DNA of 62,000 nt from Chiloscyllium plagiosum (lineage: Eukaryota), in NCBI RefSeq assembly GCF_004010195.1, contig NC_057718.1:74593403-74655402 (forward strand), read 5' to 3'. Shown here in pieces: positions 36,692 to 47,405 of the stretch. The position numbers and the translations under genes were made by a program. The notes below the pieces were generated by a model. That model was not told where the DNA came from, did no database searches, and saw nothing but the letters and a program-made list of their open reading frames with translations. How positions within the stretch are numbered: the stretch's first letter is position 1; every line of letters starts with the position of its first letter.

Positions 36692-38243
36692 AGGAGAAAG
36701 TGAGGACTGCAGATGCTGGAGATCAGAGCTGGAAATGTGTTGCTGGAAAAGCGCAGCAGGTCAGGCAGCATCCAAGGAGCAGGAGAATCAACGTTTCGGG
36801 CATGAGCCCTTCTTCAGGAATGAGGTAAGTGTGCCAAGTAGGCTAAGATAAAAGGTAGGGAGGAGGGACTTGGGGGAGGGGCGTTGGAAATGCAATAGGT
36901 GGAGGGTGATAGGCCGGAGTGGGGGTGGGGCAGAGAGGTNNNNNNNNNNNNNNNNNNNNNNNNNNNNNNNNNNNNNNNNNNNNNNNNNNNNNNNNNNNNN
37001 NNNNNNNNNNNNNNNNNNNNNNNNNNNNNNNNNNNNNNNNNNNNNNNNNNNNNNNNNNNNNNNNNNNNNNNNNNNNNNNNNNNNNNNNNNNNNNNNNNNN
37101 NNNNNNNNNNNNNNNNNNNNNNNNNNNNNNNNNNNNNNNNNNNNNNNNNNNNNNNNNNNNNNNNNNNNNNNNNNNNNNNNNNNNNNNNNNNNNNNNNNNN
37201 NNNNNNNNNNNNNNNNNNNNNNNNNNNNNNNNNNNNNNNNNNNNNNNNNNNNNNNNNNNNNNNNNNNNNNNNNNNNNNNNNNNNNNNNNNNNNNNNNNNN
37301 NNNNNNNNNNNNNNNNNNNNNNNNNNNNNNNNNNNNNNNNNNNNNNNNNNNNNNNNNNNNNNNNNNNNNNNNNNNNNNNNNNNNNNNNNNNNNNNNNNNN
37401 NNNNNNNNNNNNNNNNNNNNNNNNNNNNNNNNNNNNNNNNNNNNNNNNNNNNNNNNNNNNNNNNNNNNNNNNNNNNNNNNNNNNNNNNNNNNNNNNNNNN
37501 NNNNNNNNNNNNNNNNNNNNNNNNNNNNNNNNNNNNNNNNNNNNNNNNNNNNNNNNNNNNNNNNNNNNNNNNNNNNNNNNNNNNNNNNNNNNNNNNNNNN
37601 NNNNNNNNNNNNNNNNNNNNNNNNNNNNNNNNNNNNNNNNNNNNNNNNNNNNNNNNNNNNNNNNNNNNNNNNNNNNNNNNNNNNNNNNNNNNNNNNNNNN
37701 NNNNNNNNNNNNNNNNNNNNNNNNAGGGGAGGGAGGAATCTGGGACTGTCCAGGTGAATTTGAGGTCGGGGTGGAAGGTTTTGGTGAAGTGGATGAACTG
37801 TTCAACTTCCTCGTGGGAGCACGAGGCGGCGCCGATATAGTCATCGATGTAGCGGAGGAAAAGGTGGGGGGTGGGGCCAGTGTAGTTGCGGAAGATGGAT
37901 TGTTCCACATATCCTACGAAGAGGCAGGCATAGCTGGGGCCCATGCGGGTGCCCATGGCTACTCCTTTGGTTTGGAGGAAGTGGGAGGATTGGAAAGAAA
38001 AGTTGTTCAGAGTGAGGACCAGTTCAGTCAGTCGAAGGAGGGTGTCAGTGAAAGGGTACTGGTTGGTACGGCGGGAAAGGAAGAAGTGGAGGGCTTTGAG
38101 TCCTTCGTGATGATCCCTTGTGGTTGGAGGGTTCCTAGGCGGAAGGTGAGGGGGTCTTCCTCCAGCTGTCTTTCTCCAGTTTCCTTATTTCCCCTCCCCC
38201 CACCTTGTCTCAGTCCCAATCCTTGAACTCAGCACCACCTTCA
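36692..38243 (-). mobile_element. Young Neptune-type PLE fragment inserted in Gypsy gag (spans an N gap)
   Basis: MGTRMGPSYACLFVGYVEQ..FLRYIDDYIG; family-A terminus at 36692-36940. Confidence 0.85.
36940..37724. other. Assembly gap (785 N)
   Basis: Run of N. Confidence 1.
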
Positions 38244-38450
38244 ATGAAAGCTGAAATTGCAGTGGAGTTGGTGAAGCACTCAGGTGTATCAGAGAAACAG
38301 ACAAGTGCAGCAGAGTTAGAAAAACTTAAATTGCAGTTGAGGCAAATGGAGTTAGAAGATAAAGAAAAGAGAAAGAGGAAAAAGAAAGGGAGAAAAGGTT
38401 CTTAGTTGAGCAAAAAGAAAGAGAGGAGAAAGAGAAACAATAAAGAGAAA

Positions 38451-38608
38451 GTTAAAAATTCTCACAACACCAGGTTATAGTCCAACAGGTTTAATTGGAA
38501 ATACTAACTTTCGGAGCACTAACTTCCAACTAAACCTGTTGGACTATAACCTGGTGTTGTGTGACTTTTAACTTTGTGCACCCCAGTCCAACACCGGCAT
38601 CTCCAAAT
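38451..38608. mobile_element. Family-C fold-back element inside Gypsy gag
   Basis: cacaacaccaggttatagtccaacaggttta / taaacctgttggactataacctggtgttgtg inverted arms, flanked by agagaaag repeats. Confidence 0.7.
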
Positions 38609-39048
38609 AATAGAGAAAGGGAGAGAATTTTAACTTCAGAAGTTGTGAATTAGTCAAGAAAGTCAAGTTAACAGAATGGAGATGAAGGGAGAAGGTAGTG
38701 ATGTATACACATATGTTAAAACATTGCCATATTTTGATGAGAAAGATGTCAAAGCCTTCTTTATTTCATTTGAAAAATTGGCTCGGCAGATGGAGTGGCC
38801 AGAGAACTTATGGGTAATAATCAACGAGGTAAAAACAATGACTGCAGATGCTGGAAACCAGATTCTGGATCAGTGGTGCTGGAAGAGCACAGCAATTCAG
38901 GCAGCATCCGACGAGCAGCAAAATCGATTTTTCGGGCAAAAGCCCTTCATCAGGAGGAGAAAGTGAGGTCTGCAGATGCTGGAGATCAAAGTTGAAACTT
39001 TATTGCTGGAACAGCACAGCAGGTCAGGCAGCATCCAGGGAACAGGAG

Positions 39049-39084
39049 ATTCGACGTTTCGGGCACAGGCCCTTCTTCAGGAAT
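39049..39084 (-). ncRNA. Minimal type I hammerhead ribozyme motif, intact core (mirror of 39098-39137)
   Basis: Minus strand attc-CTGAAGA-a-gggc(ctgt)gccc-GAAA-cGTC-gaat. Confidence 0.7.
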
Positions 39085-39097
39085 GTGTCCTTATAAA

Positions 39098-39137
39098 AGA
39101 TTCCTGAAGAAGGGCCTGTGCCCGAAACGTCGAATCT
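39098..39137 (+). ncRNA. Minimal type I hammerhead ribozyme motif, intact core
   Basis: agattc-CTGAAGA-a-gggc(ctgt)gccc-GAAA-cGTC-gaatct: 6-bp stem I, 4-bp stem II, palindromic ACGT in place of stem III. Predicted cut after 39131. Confidence 0.75.
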
Positions 39138-39479
39138 CCTGTCAGTGCGGGGCTGGAAGTTTGAAACTAGGATGAGGTGGGGGAAGGGGAAATGAGGAAG
39201 CTGTTGAAGTCAAAATACATTAAATAATGAGGAAATTCTTGAGGTGTGGGATAGGTTAGTGAGCTATCTGTCTCAGGAGTAAAGAACCGAGTTGGAAGGT
39301 TTGTTACAGCAGTATAAGGACATATGCAGGAATAAGATGGGGAGGACTAATACTGTTACGCATGACGTGGAAGTAGGGAATGCTGTTCCGATAAAACACA
39401 CTTAATCCTCTCAAGTTCACACAGGTCCAGAGGGATGTGGATGCAATGCTCAATGAAGATATCATCTAACAGAGTCAGA

Positions 39480-40557
39480 GTGGATGGAGTTTGCCGATCC
39501 TGTTAGTTCCCAAACCTGACGGGTTCAACGATTTTGTGTGAACTATCGGTAGGTCAACATCATAACAAAACTGGACTCCTGTCCAATACCAAGATTGGAG
39601 GTCACTTACATCACAAAGTTGGACTTATTGCTTGGTTATTGGCAGGTACCGTTATCAAAGAAAGCGAAAGAAATTCCTGCATTTGTAACCCCAAATGAGC
39701 TATATCAATTCAAAGTGATACCCTTTGGAATGAAGAATGCACCAGTCACATTCCAAAGACTAATGAACAGAGTTGCGGCCAGATTAACAAATTGTGCAGT
39801 TTATCTGGATGATGTAGTGATCTTTAGCAAATCATGGAAAGATCACATGGTACAGTTGAGAGAGCTCTTTGAACGATTATGAGAAGCAAAACTGATGATA
39901 AACTTAAAGAAAACAAAATTTGTGAAGGCTGAGGTGATGTTCTTGGGACATAATATTGGACAAGGAATGCGAAGATGAAAGCCATCGAGGAATTTCCACG
40001 ACCACCCTTGAAGAAAGAGGTGCTTCAAGTTTTATGACTAAGCGGATTCACTGGAAGTTTGTTCCAAACTTCAGCAGTGTGGTGGCATTGCTGACAGACT
40101 TATTAAAGAAGAACACACAATTTCAGTGGTCAGAACAATGCCAAGAGGCATTTGAGAATTCAAAAGCTGTACTAATCACAGCACCAGATTTAGCTACACC
40201 AAATATTTGAAACCCTTCAAAGTTGCAATCAATGATAGCAATATAGGAGTTGGAGCTGTACTGCTACAGGAAGATGATGATGGAACTGAACAGCCAATTG
40301 GCTATTTTTCAAAGAAACTCAACACCCACCAGAGAAAATACTGCGCCATTGAAAAAAAATTAGAGTTTGTTACTATACTTACAACATTTTAATATTTATG
40401 TGACATGGACTACAATCCTCTTTAAATCTTTCCAAGAATGTAAGACAAAAATATGAGACCATTTTGTTGGAGTCTTATGTTATAGACTTTTAATTTACAA
40501 ATTGTACATGTTGCGGGTCATAAAAATGTGATAGCAGCTGCGTTATCGCAGATTTAA
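39480..40557 (+). pseudogene. Gypsy pol remnant: RT + RNase H, with stops and frameshifts
   Basis: ORFs 39595-39882, 39956-40210 and 40207-40392; ends HVAGHKNVIAAALSQI*. Confidence 0.88.
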
Positions 40558-40734
40558 AGGAAAAATTGGAGGTAAGATTTGAATGTTTTATATATATGTA
40601 TATATATATGTGTGCAGAAATCAATATGAAAAGCATAAATTAGGTGAATGACATGTATATTTCATAATAATGCAATTGAGAATTAGAGAAAAAAAACAAA
40701 GCCATCTTCTCATTATGATGGCTCATTTTTCCTT

Positions 40735-40745
40735 AAGGTGGGAGG
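40735..40745 (+). promoter_or_regulatory. Polypurine tract
   Basis: aaggtgggagg immediately 5' of the 3' LTR. Confidence 0.75.
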
Positions 40746-41334
40746 TGTTATGGACATGAAGGTATGTATTGTACCTTTAAGTGAGAGAGAATTCTGTTCC
40801 GAACTGAGAGCTTACAAGCACCTGTGTGTATGACTAAATGGCAGCCCCACAGTGTACTGTAATATTGAAAATATGTAACATTTGGCAGTGAAATGAATAC
40901 CTGAGTTTTGGTTACTGTTTTGATAACAATTCAAATTTAACCCATCAGTTTAAATCATGTCCCAGAATACTAAAATCCAATTGAGTTTGAATTTATTGTT
41001 TTGCTAACATTGAAACAATGAGACAATCCGATGTTGGGTGGTATAAGAATGTGGACATTTTGAAACTTCGTCAGGAAACAACTGCTGTAGAGAGAGAGAG
41101 CGAACTGCCAATGTAACATCTTGTTCTCCAATAAATTAGAAAACATTCTCTATCAAAGGTACCTTTTCATGTGAATCATACTCGCAGTGAAAAGAAAGAA
41201 GACGACTCAGGGAGATCAATTCCAGAAGAATGAAGACACAGAAGAAGACAGAGACTGTGTGGTTTTGAAATTAAGTTGATGTAATTTTAATAAGACGGGG
41301 GGGGTGGGGGGGGGGGGGGGGGGGGGGGGGGGGT

Positions 41335-41366
<32 letters not shown>

Positions 41367-41541
41367 CTTAGATTTCTGAATAGCTTTTGTTTTAATGCTC
41401 ACTTTTAGAGTTAGAAAATAAATTGATGTTATTTTCTTTAAATAGTGGAATTTGAAAGTTCTCCATCACTTATATTTTAACAGATTACGAGCTTTTCTGG
41501 GTGTTTGGTTTAATTAACAAATCCGCTTCCATGTCGTAACA
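40746..41541 (+). repeat. 3' LTR (contains a suspect poly-G run)
   Basis: tgttatg...ccatgtcgtaaca; colinear with the 5' LTR, with 10 differences in the first 60 nt by my count. Confidence 0.92.
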
Positions 41542-44500
41542 GGGGATAAGTAAATTGTTTAATATAGATGGAAATTTGGGATGCTTGGGAATGCAACGTC
41601 TCCTTGTCAGAGCAAATGTGACAGAGACAGAGGAATTGGGAAAATGGGATGGAGTTTTTGCAGGATACAAAGTGGGAGGAAGTGTAGTCCAGGTAGTTAT
41701 GGGAGTCTGTGGATTTTTAGTAAATGTCAGTTCGTAAACTGTTGCCAGAGACATCAAGAAAGGGGAGGGAGGTGTCAGTAATGGCCAAGTGAATTTAAGG
41801 GCAGGGTGGAAGTTACTGACCAAGTTATTGAATTGCTCTAGTTCAGCCATGGTGTAGGATGCGGCACTGATGCAGTCATCGATGTAACAGCAGAAGAGCT
41901 GAGGAATAGTACTTGTGCATATTTTGAAGAGTCCAGTTTGACGTAACCGATAAAGAGGCAGGTGTAGCTCAGGCCAATGCCAGTGCAAATGGTCACCCCC
42001 TGGATTTCATGGAACTGGGAAGAGTGGAAGGAAAAGTTATTGAGGGTGAGGACTAAGGAGGAGGTGCAGGAGGGTATTGGTGGAGAGGAACTGAATGGGT
42101 CTCTTGGAGAGGAGGACAATGAGGGCTTGCAAGCTGTCATGGTAGGGAATGGATGTGTGAAGATGAAACACTAGGGTCGGGGAATTGGATGTTTCCAAAG
42201 AGGTGGAGGGTGTGGTTGGTGTCTCGGATGTAGGTGGGAAGTTCCTGGGCCATGGGAGAGAAAATAGAGTCGAGGTGGGCAGAAAAGAGTTCAGTGGGGT
42301 AGGAGCATGCTGAGACGATGGGTCGGCCGAGGTAATGACCCCACCACGGCCCATCAGGCCACTAACACCCACATTGTCTGTAACCTCGTTGCCTCCAATC
42401 TGAGTCCCCCAGCCCTGCACTGCCTGGTTCTAACTGCTCTCCAAGATCCAAAGGCCCACCTACCCTGGCCAAACCATCGTCTCCGCATGCTCCTGCCCCA
42501 CCAAATTTATTTCTTCCCACTCCAACACCATTCTCGCCCCCTTGATCCAGGCACTTCCAACAGAGATCCGGAATACCAACCCCCACTTCTTCCACCTCTT
42601 CGGAAACTTCCAGTTCCCCGGCCCCCAGCGCTTTATCTTCACTATGGACGTGCAGTCTTTATACATGTCCATTCCCCACAATGATGGCCTGCAGGCCCTG
42701 AGTTTCTTCCTCTCCAACAGACCCATCCAGTCCCCCTCCACCAATACCCTCTGACACTTCACCAAATTAGTCCTCACCCTCAATAGATTTTCCTTCAACT
42801 CTTCCCATTTTCTCCAAATCCAGGGGGTGCCATAGACACTCGCATGGGCCCTAGGTATGCCTGCCTCTTTGTCGGCTATGTCAAACAGTGCCTTTTCAAC
42901 ACATACACATGTACTATTCCCCAACTCTTCTTACGTTACATCAGTGACTGCACTGCTGCTGCATCCTGCACCCTGGCTGAACTGGAGCAATTCATTGACT
43001 TCGCCCATAAGTTCCACCCTGCCCTCAGATTCACTTGGTCTATCACAGACACCCCTCCCCTTTCTTGATTTCTCCATTTCCATCTCTGGTGACAGTTTAC
43101 GGACAGATATTTACTCGAAACCCACAGACTCCCATAACTATCTGGATGACATCTCCTCCCACCCCATATCCTGCAAAACTCCATCCGGTTTTCTCAATTC
43201 CTCTGTTTCCGCCACATCTGCTCTGACAAGATGTTTCACTCCTAAGCATCCCAGATATCAACCTATTTTAAATACCTTGTTTTTCTTCCCTCTGTCATTC
43301 AGTCAGCCCTTCACCGCACTCTCTCCATTCCCCGCTGCACTGCTCCACACCAGCGACGCTACCCCCTCCCCAACAAACATAATAAAGACATGGTCCCCCT
43401 TCTCCTCACTTCCCACCCCATTAGACTCTGCATCCAATGTTACATCCTCAAACACGTCCGCCAACTCCAACTGGACCCCACCACCTAGAACATCTTCCCC
43501 TCCCCACCCCTCTCTGCCTTCCACAAGGACCTTTCCCTTCCTCACTCCTTGGTCCATGCCACTTTCCCCACCATCCACCCCACTCTGCAACAGTAAAAGA
43601 TGCAAAACCTGTCAGTATACAACCCCCCTCACTTCCATCCAGGGCCCCAAACAGTCCTTCCAGGTAAGTCAGAGTTTCACCTACCTCTCTTCCAATCTAG
43701 TTTACTGCATCCGGTACTCCCAATGTTGTCTTCTCTATATCGGTGAGACCAAATGTAAACGAAGGGAATGTTTTGCCGAGCTTCTCAGCCAGGCCTGTAA
43801 GGGCCAGCCTGTCCTCCCGTCACTGTCCATTTCAATTCCCCTTCCCATTCCCTGTCTGACCTATCTATCCTCAGCCTCCTCCATTGCCACAGTAAATCAG
43901 ATTGCAAATTGGAGGAACAACATCTTATCTTCCGCTTGGACAACCTACAGCCCGATGAAGTCAACATTGAGTTCTGTAATTTCAAATAATCTTCCCACCC
44001 ATCCCCCGACTTCCTCTCCAGCCCCACCTCCTCCCTTTCATACCTCCTACCGACCTTTCCTTCCAGCCACCAACTGGATTTATTCCTCCCTTCACACCCA
44101 TCACCTGTGTTGACCTATCACTATCTCATCATTTTGACCCTCTCTCCACCAATAACCCCCCTTTATCTGCAGCTCCCCCTATCCACATCCCCATTCCTGA
44201 AGAAGGGCTATACCCGAAACGTCGACTTCTCCACTGCCTGATGCTACCTGGCTTGCTCTGTTCTTCCAGCCTCCTGTTTGTCTTCTCTGGTAAACCAGAA
44301 TTAGGATGCATGGGTCCTGAAATTCCCTAGTTAGTGATGAACCATTAAGTCTTCCAGGTCTCTGAATACAATTTATGATTTGCAAGTAATAGAATCTACA
44401 TCGAGCAAGTGCTTAATGATCAGTGATACCAAATTATGCACTAAAAGGGCACTACTGAAGTAGCAGGTATGACATGCTCATTTCAAATTTAAAAAAACTA

Positions 44501-44759
44501 GCATTTATATGATGTCTTTCTCATCTGCATACTATTCTAATCCACATTACTTTTTAAAAAATCTTACTTCTTTGGCTTATTTGAAGTCATTTAAACTTTC
44601 AAAACATTTGTTAACCTTTGGGTCTCCAGTCATTAAAGCTAAACAAATTTGCTAAGTCATACCTCTGGTTTTGATGTTCCAGTTTGCTTCACTCTTAATT
44701 TCTCTTGGCATGGTTCTCACCCCTTCTCACTTACATCTAAGCTCGACCGATATGATGTT

Positions 44760-45215
44760 CTACAGTGCACAACAGTTTTAAGCATGCTTTTCCTGAATTC
44801 TCTGGGCCACGTTCGCCACTGTTCTCCACAAAACGGCTCACTATTTCAGGTTCACCCTAGACTGGAATGGGAGCTCATGGCTTATCTTCTTCACCACAAA
44901 ACATGTAGACCCTTCTTCCCTGCCTCATCTGCCCTTACTATCAACAAGTGAAATGACCTCATGGACTTCTTTGTCCTAAAGGCTGAAATCATCCATTCAG
45001 CTGCATCTGTTGCTTCTCTTCCTTCCTCTAGAACACTGACACAATTTTCCTTAAGGATGTCCCTGGCCCTAGTCCTGAATTAACTATTACTCTAGTGTCT
45101 CTTCTATCTCTACCAATACTCTCTCAATGCTCCTCTTGACTGTAAGGCCCATTTTCTCATTCCAACAAAACTACTGACCATTCAACTTCGATTGTTGGTC
45201 CCTATGTCAGCTGAT
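44760..45215 (+). mobile_element. Possible old L2-type LINE fragment
   Basis: ctcatggacttctttgtc..gctgaaatcatccattcagctgc and attccaacaaaactactgacc resemble the L2 ORF2 inter-domain region (recalled only). Confidence 0.4.
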
Positions 45216-45999
45216 CTAAATGGAGAGTCAATGGACAGAGTGCATCATTGTATACCTCCAGTAACTAATGTGAGGCTTGAATCACTTGCAGACTTGGTTC
45301 TCAGTAAGATGAGACAGCCATATTGTGCTCCATTGCAGGTTGGTAATTTGTGTGAGTCTGCCAGATTTGAACAGAAGGTGACTGACATTTGGAGCCTGGA
45401 GACAGGAGATGATCCTTGATGTGGGTCATCAGTAAATGTGTTCCAACTTTGGACTGGAGGATTTTTGATTGACAAGGAATTGGAATTCTCCTTGTGACCC
45501 CCCCAAAATTGAAAATTAATCAATTTTGAGAACAACATCCATTTGTCTTTTTAAAAATCTTGGTTATTCTGCAAATTTTCACTTCAAAAATAATATCAAT
45601 AGTTGAGTATACACCCTAGGTAAAATCTTATTGAGGTCTGAGCCATGTGGGCTATGGTGAGATTTGTGGCAAAATTGCTTGAGAAGTCCAGCAGGATGAT
45701 CTCAATATTGGGAGCATCTTGCTCCATCTTTTATGTTTTTGACAAGCAGCACAGTGGGTTTCCCACTAAACCCGATGAGTTGCCACTTAAGAAGATTTAT
45801 TGCTCTTTAAAAGTCTTGTTATCAGCCCAATCTGACTCACTAATATCAAGCTTCCTATCTTACCAAAAGTGACAAACAAGCTAAGCTAGGTGTTCATAAA
45901 ACTTCACATGAAAATCAGAACAGATACTGGGTGGGTTCAGATTACCTTTAGTTCTGAACAACTTCCATGTTGAAAACCAAGACGCTAACATTTCAGTGC

Positions 46000-46110
46000 A
46001 TGGGGAGAATGTGCAAACTCCACACAGATAGTCGCGTGAGGCTGGAATTGAACCCAGATCCCTGGCGCTGTGAAGCAGCAGTGCTAACCACTGAGCAACT
46101 GTGCTGCCCT
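46000..46110 (-). mobile_element. HE1 SINE 5' portion
   Basis: ggggagaatgtgcaaactccacac...gcagtgctaaccactgagc. Confidence 0.85.
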
Positions 46111-46555
46111 TGTCATGTTTGTCAGCAGGCCACAGTCAAGAGGGTACAGTCAACCAGGCGGTCCTGACACAGTAAGTCAAGGGCAGATTCTGATACCAGT
46201 GCAAGGGCTTGGAAACAGTCATTCAACCACTTGGGGCAGTCAGAGTGAGGATACATTCCACATAATGTGTGAGGATCAAAATATTGAGCCTTTCTGGCCT
46301 ATTGTTTTCTTGTTGGAATAAGTGACAGGCATATATTAAGTGAGATGAAAGTGGGTGGTACTGTTTTTAATTTTGATTTAATGGGGAGGTGTCCTGAGCA
46401 AGTAATCATGTGGGGATTAAGGCATGCTTTTGGAAGTTGGATTGGGTGACTCTAACTGAGGGAAAATGCTGCAGGCAACAGTGAGAGTGGTAGAGAATGA
46501 GCCTTGGTGGGAGATAGAGTGTATGTGAGGTATTGGAGAGAAGATGGTGACCCTT

Positions 46556-46745
46556 ATGCTGGCAGAGTGGAGAAGGTCATTGTCCTTCTTCCTACAATGT
46601 TGTGCATTCCTCCAGATGGCTGCAACAACATTAACCTACATGGCAACCTCCAACCAGGTTGCATGGTCATGTAGTCTGGATGAAGTCCCTCCTCTGTATC
46701 ATCCCATTCAGCAGAACCTACACATTCCTGTTTGCTGATTTCCCC
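46556..46745 (-). pseudogene. Decayed Myb/SANT-like (Harbinger ORF2-type) DNA-binding domain
   Basis: Manual translation NRNV*VLLNGMIQRRDFI / HATWLEVAM*VNVVAAIWRNAQHCRKKDNDLLHSA matches the W..VA..VN....R...QCRKKWNDL pattern. Confidence 0.65.
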
Positions 46746-47405
46746 TGTCTGCCAAGTCCAGGTAAAATGTCAGGAACAATGCAGGGCAGTTCTGGACTGA
46801 CAGTACTTGTCAGTGTGTATCGTGGGCTTTTAAAGATGAAATGTGCTCCATAGGATGCCGGTCAATTCCAGGAATATCCTCTGCATGTTAAGTTGTTCAG
46901 GGAGCTGTGCATGTTATAATTGGACATGACAGACTTATTAAGGGGGGTTATGCAGTTAATCAGGCAGTTTATGGCCAAATGCTGTGGGAAATCTCTCTAC
47001 GCTTTGTTTGGAAATCCTTCTAATAAATCATGTGCGACACAGACTTTGCCATAAAGACATACGATTCAGCTTCATGTCACCATTTAAAGAGTCCAGCTGC
47101 ATGAAACATACGTCTTTTCAAAATGGCAAGCATTAGCTTTATCTATATGGTAAGCATTACAATGGCATTTTCAGGTTTCTGCTGCTGTTTTCCTGCTGGA
47201 CAGAGACATTTAAAATTGGGTGCCCTGTTTCTTTTAATGTTCTGTTGAAATGTTAAAATGCTACTACATGTGGTTAACAACGCAATCCAATAATGCCTGC
47301 CTTTAGGTTATGCTGGAGATGGTGAGGGATCTTGTGACTGAGGTTTACTCAGAAAATCACTCCTCTTGTCCTTCCTCATAGCAAGTCTGACTGTAAGTAG
47401 TGACT

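Larger units (their letters stand above)
38822..39211. mobile_element. Cluster of PLE terminal fragments at the Gypsy internal deletion junction
   Basis: Two tandem minus-strand termini (about 38826-38955 and 38955-39084), an inverted piece at 39100-39142 and an internal PLE piece to 39211. Confidence 0.8.
35559..41541 (+). mobile_element. Gypsy-family LTR retrotransposon, decayed and internally deleted, Gmr1-like layout
   Basis: TG..CA LTRs, PBS, PPT. Gag-like LPYFDEKDVKAFFISFEKLARQMEWP; RT KLDLLLGYWQVPL..PFGMKNAPVTFQR..YLDDVVIFS; RNase H GVGAVLLQ..PIGYFSKKL. Flanks tggg/gggg are a possible 4-bp TSD. Confidence 0.92.
34521..44282. mobile_element. Large fold-back Neptune-type PLE insertion (minus arm 34521-35558 + 41542 to about 42330; plus arm about 42330-44282), split by a Gypsy element
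   Basis: Perfect 14-bp TSD ttctctggtaaacc at 34507-34520 and 44283-44296. Plus arm has RT (FTMDVQSLY, MGPRYACLFVG, FLRYISDC, YSKPTDSHNYLD), Cys linker CNSKRCKTC and GIY-YIG (NLVYCIRY..LYIGETK). Frameshifted. Confidence 0.9.

Noticed and set aside
36814..38226. Long ORFs of 295-435 aa
   Set aside because: They are artefacts of translating through the 785-N gap.
42857..44113. 418-aa ORF as an intact gene
   Set aside because: It drifts in and out of the true PLE frame through frameshifts. It is a decayed element in C-rich, stop-poor sequence.
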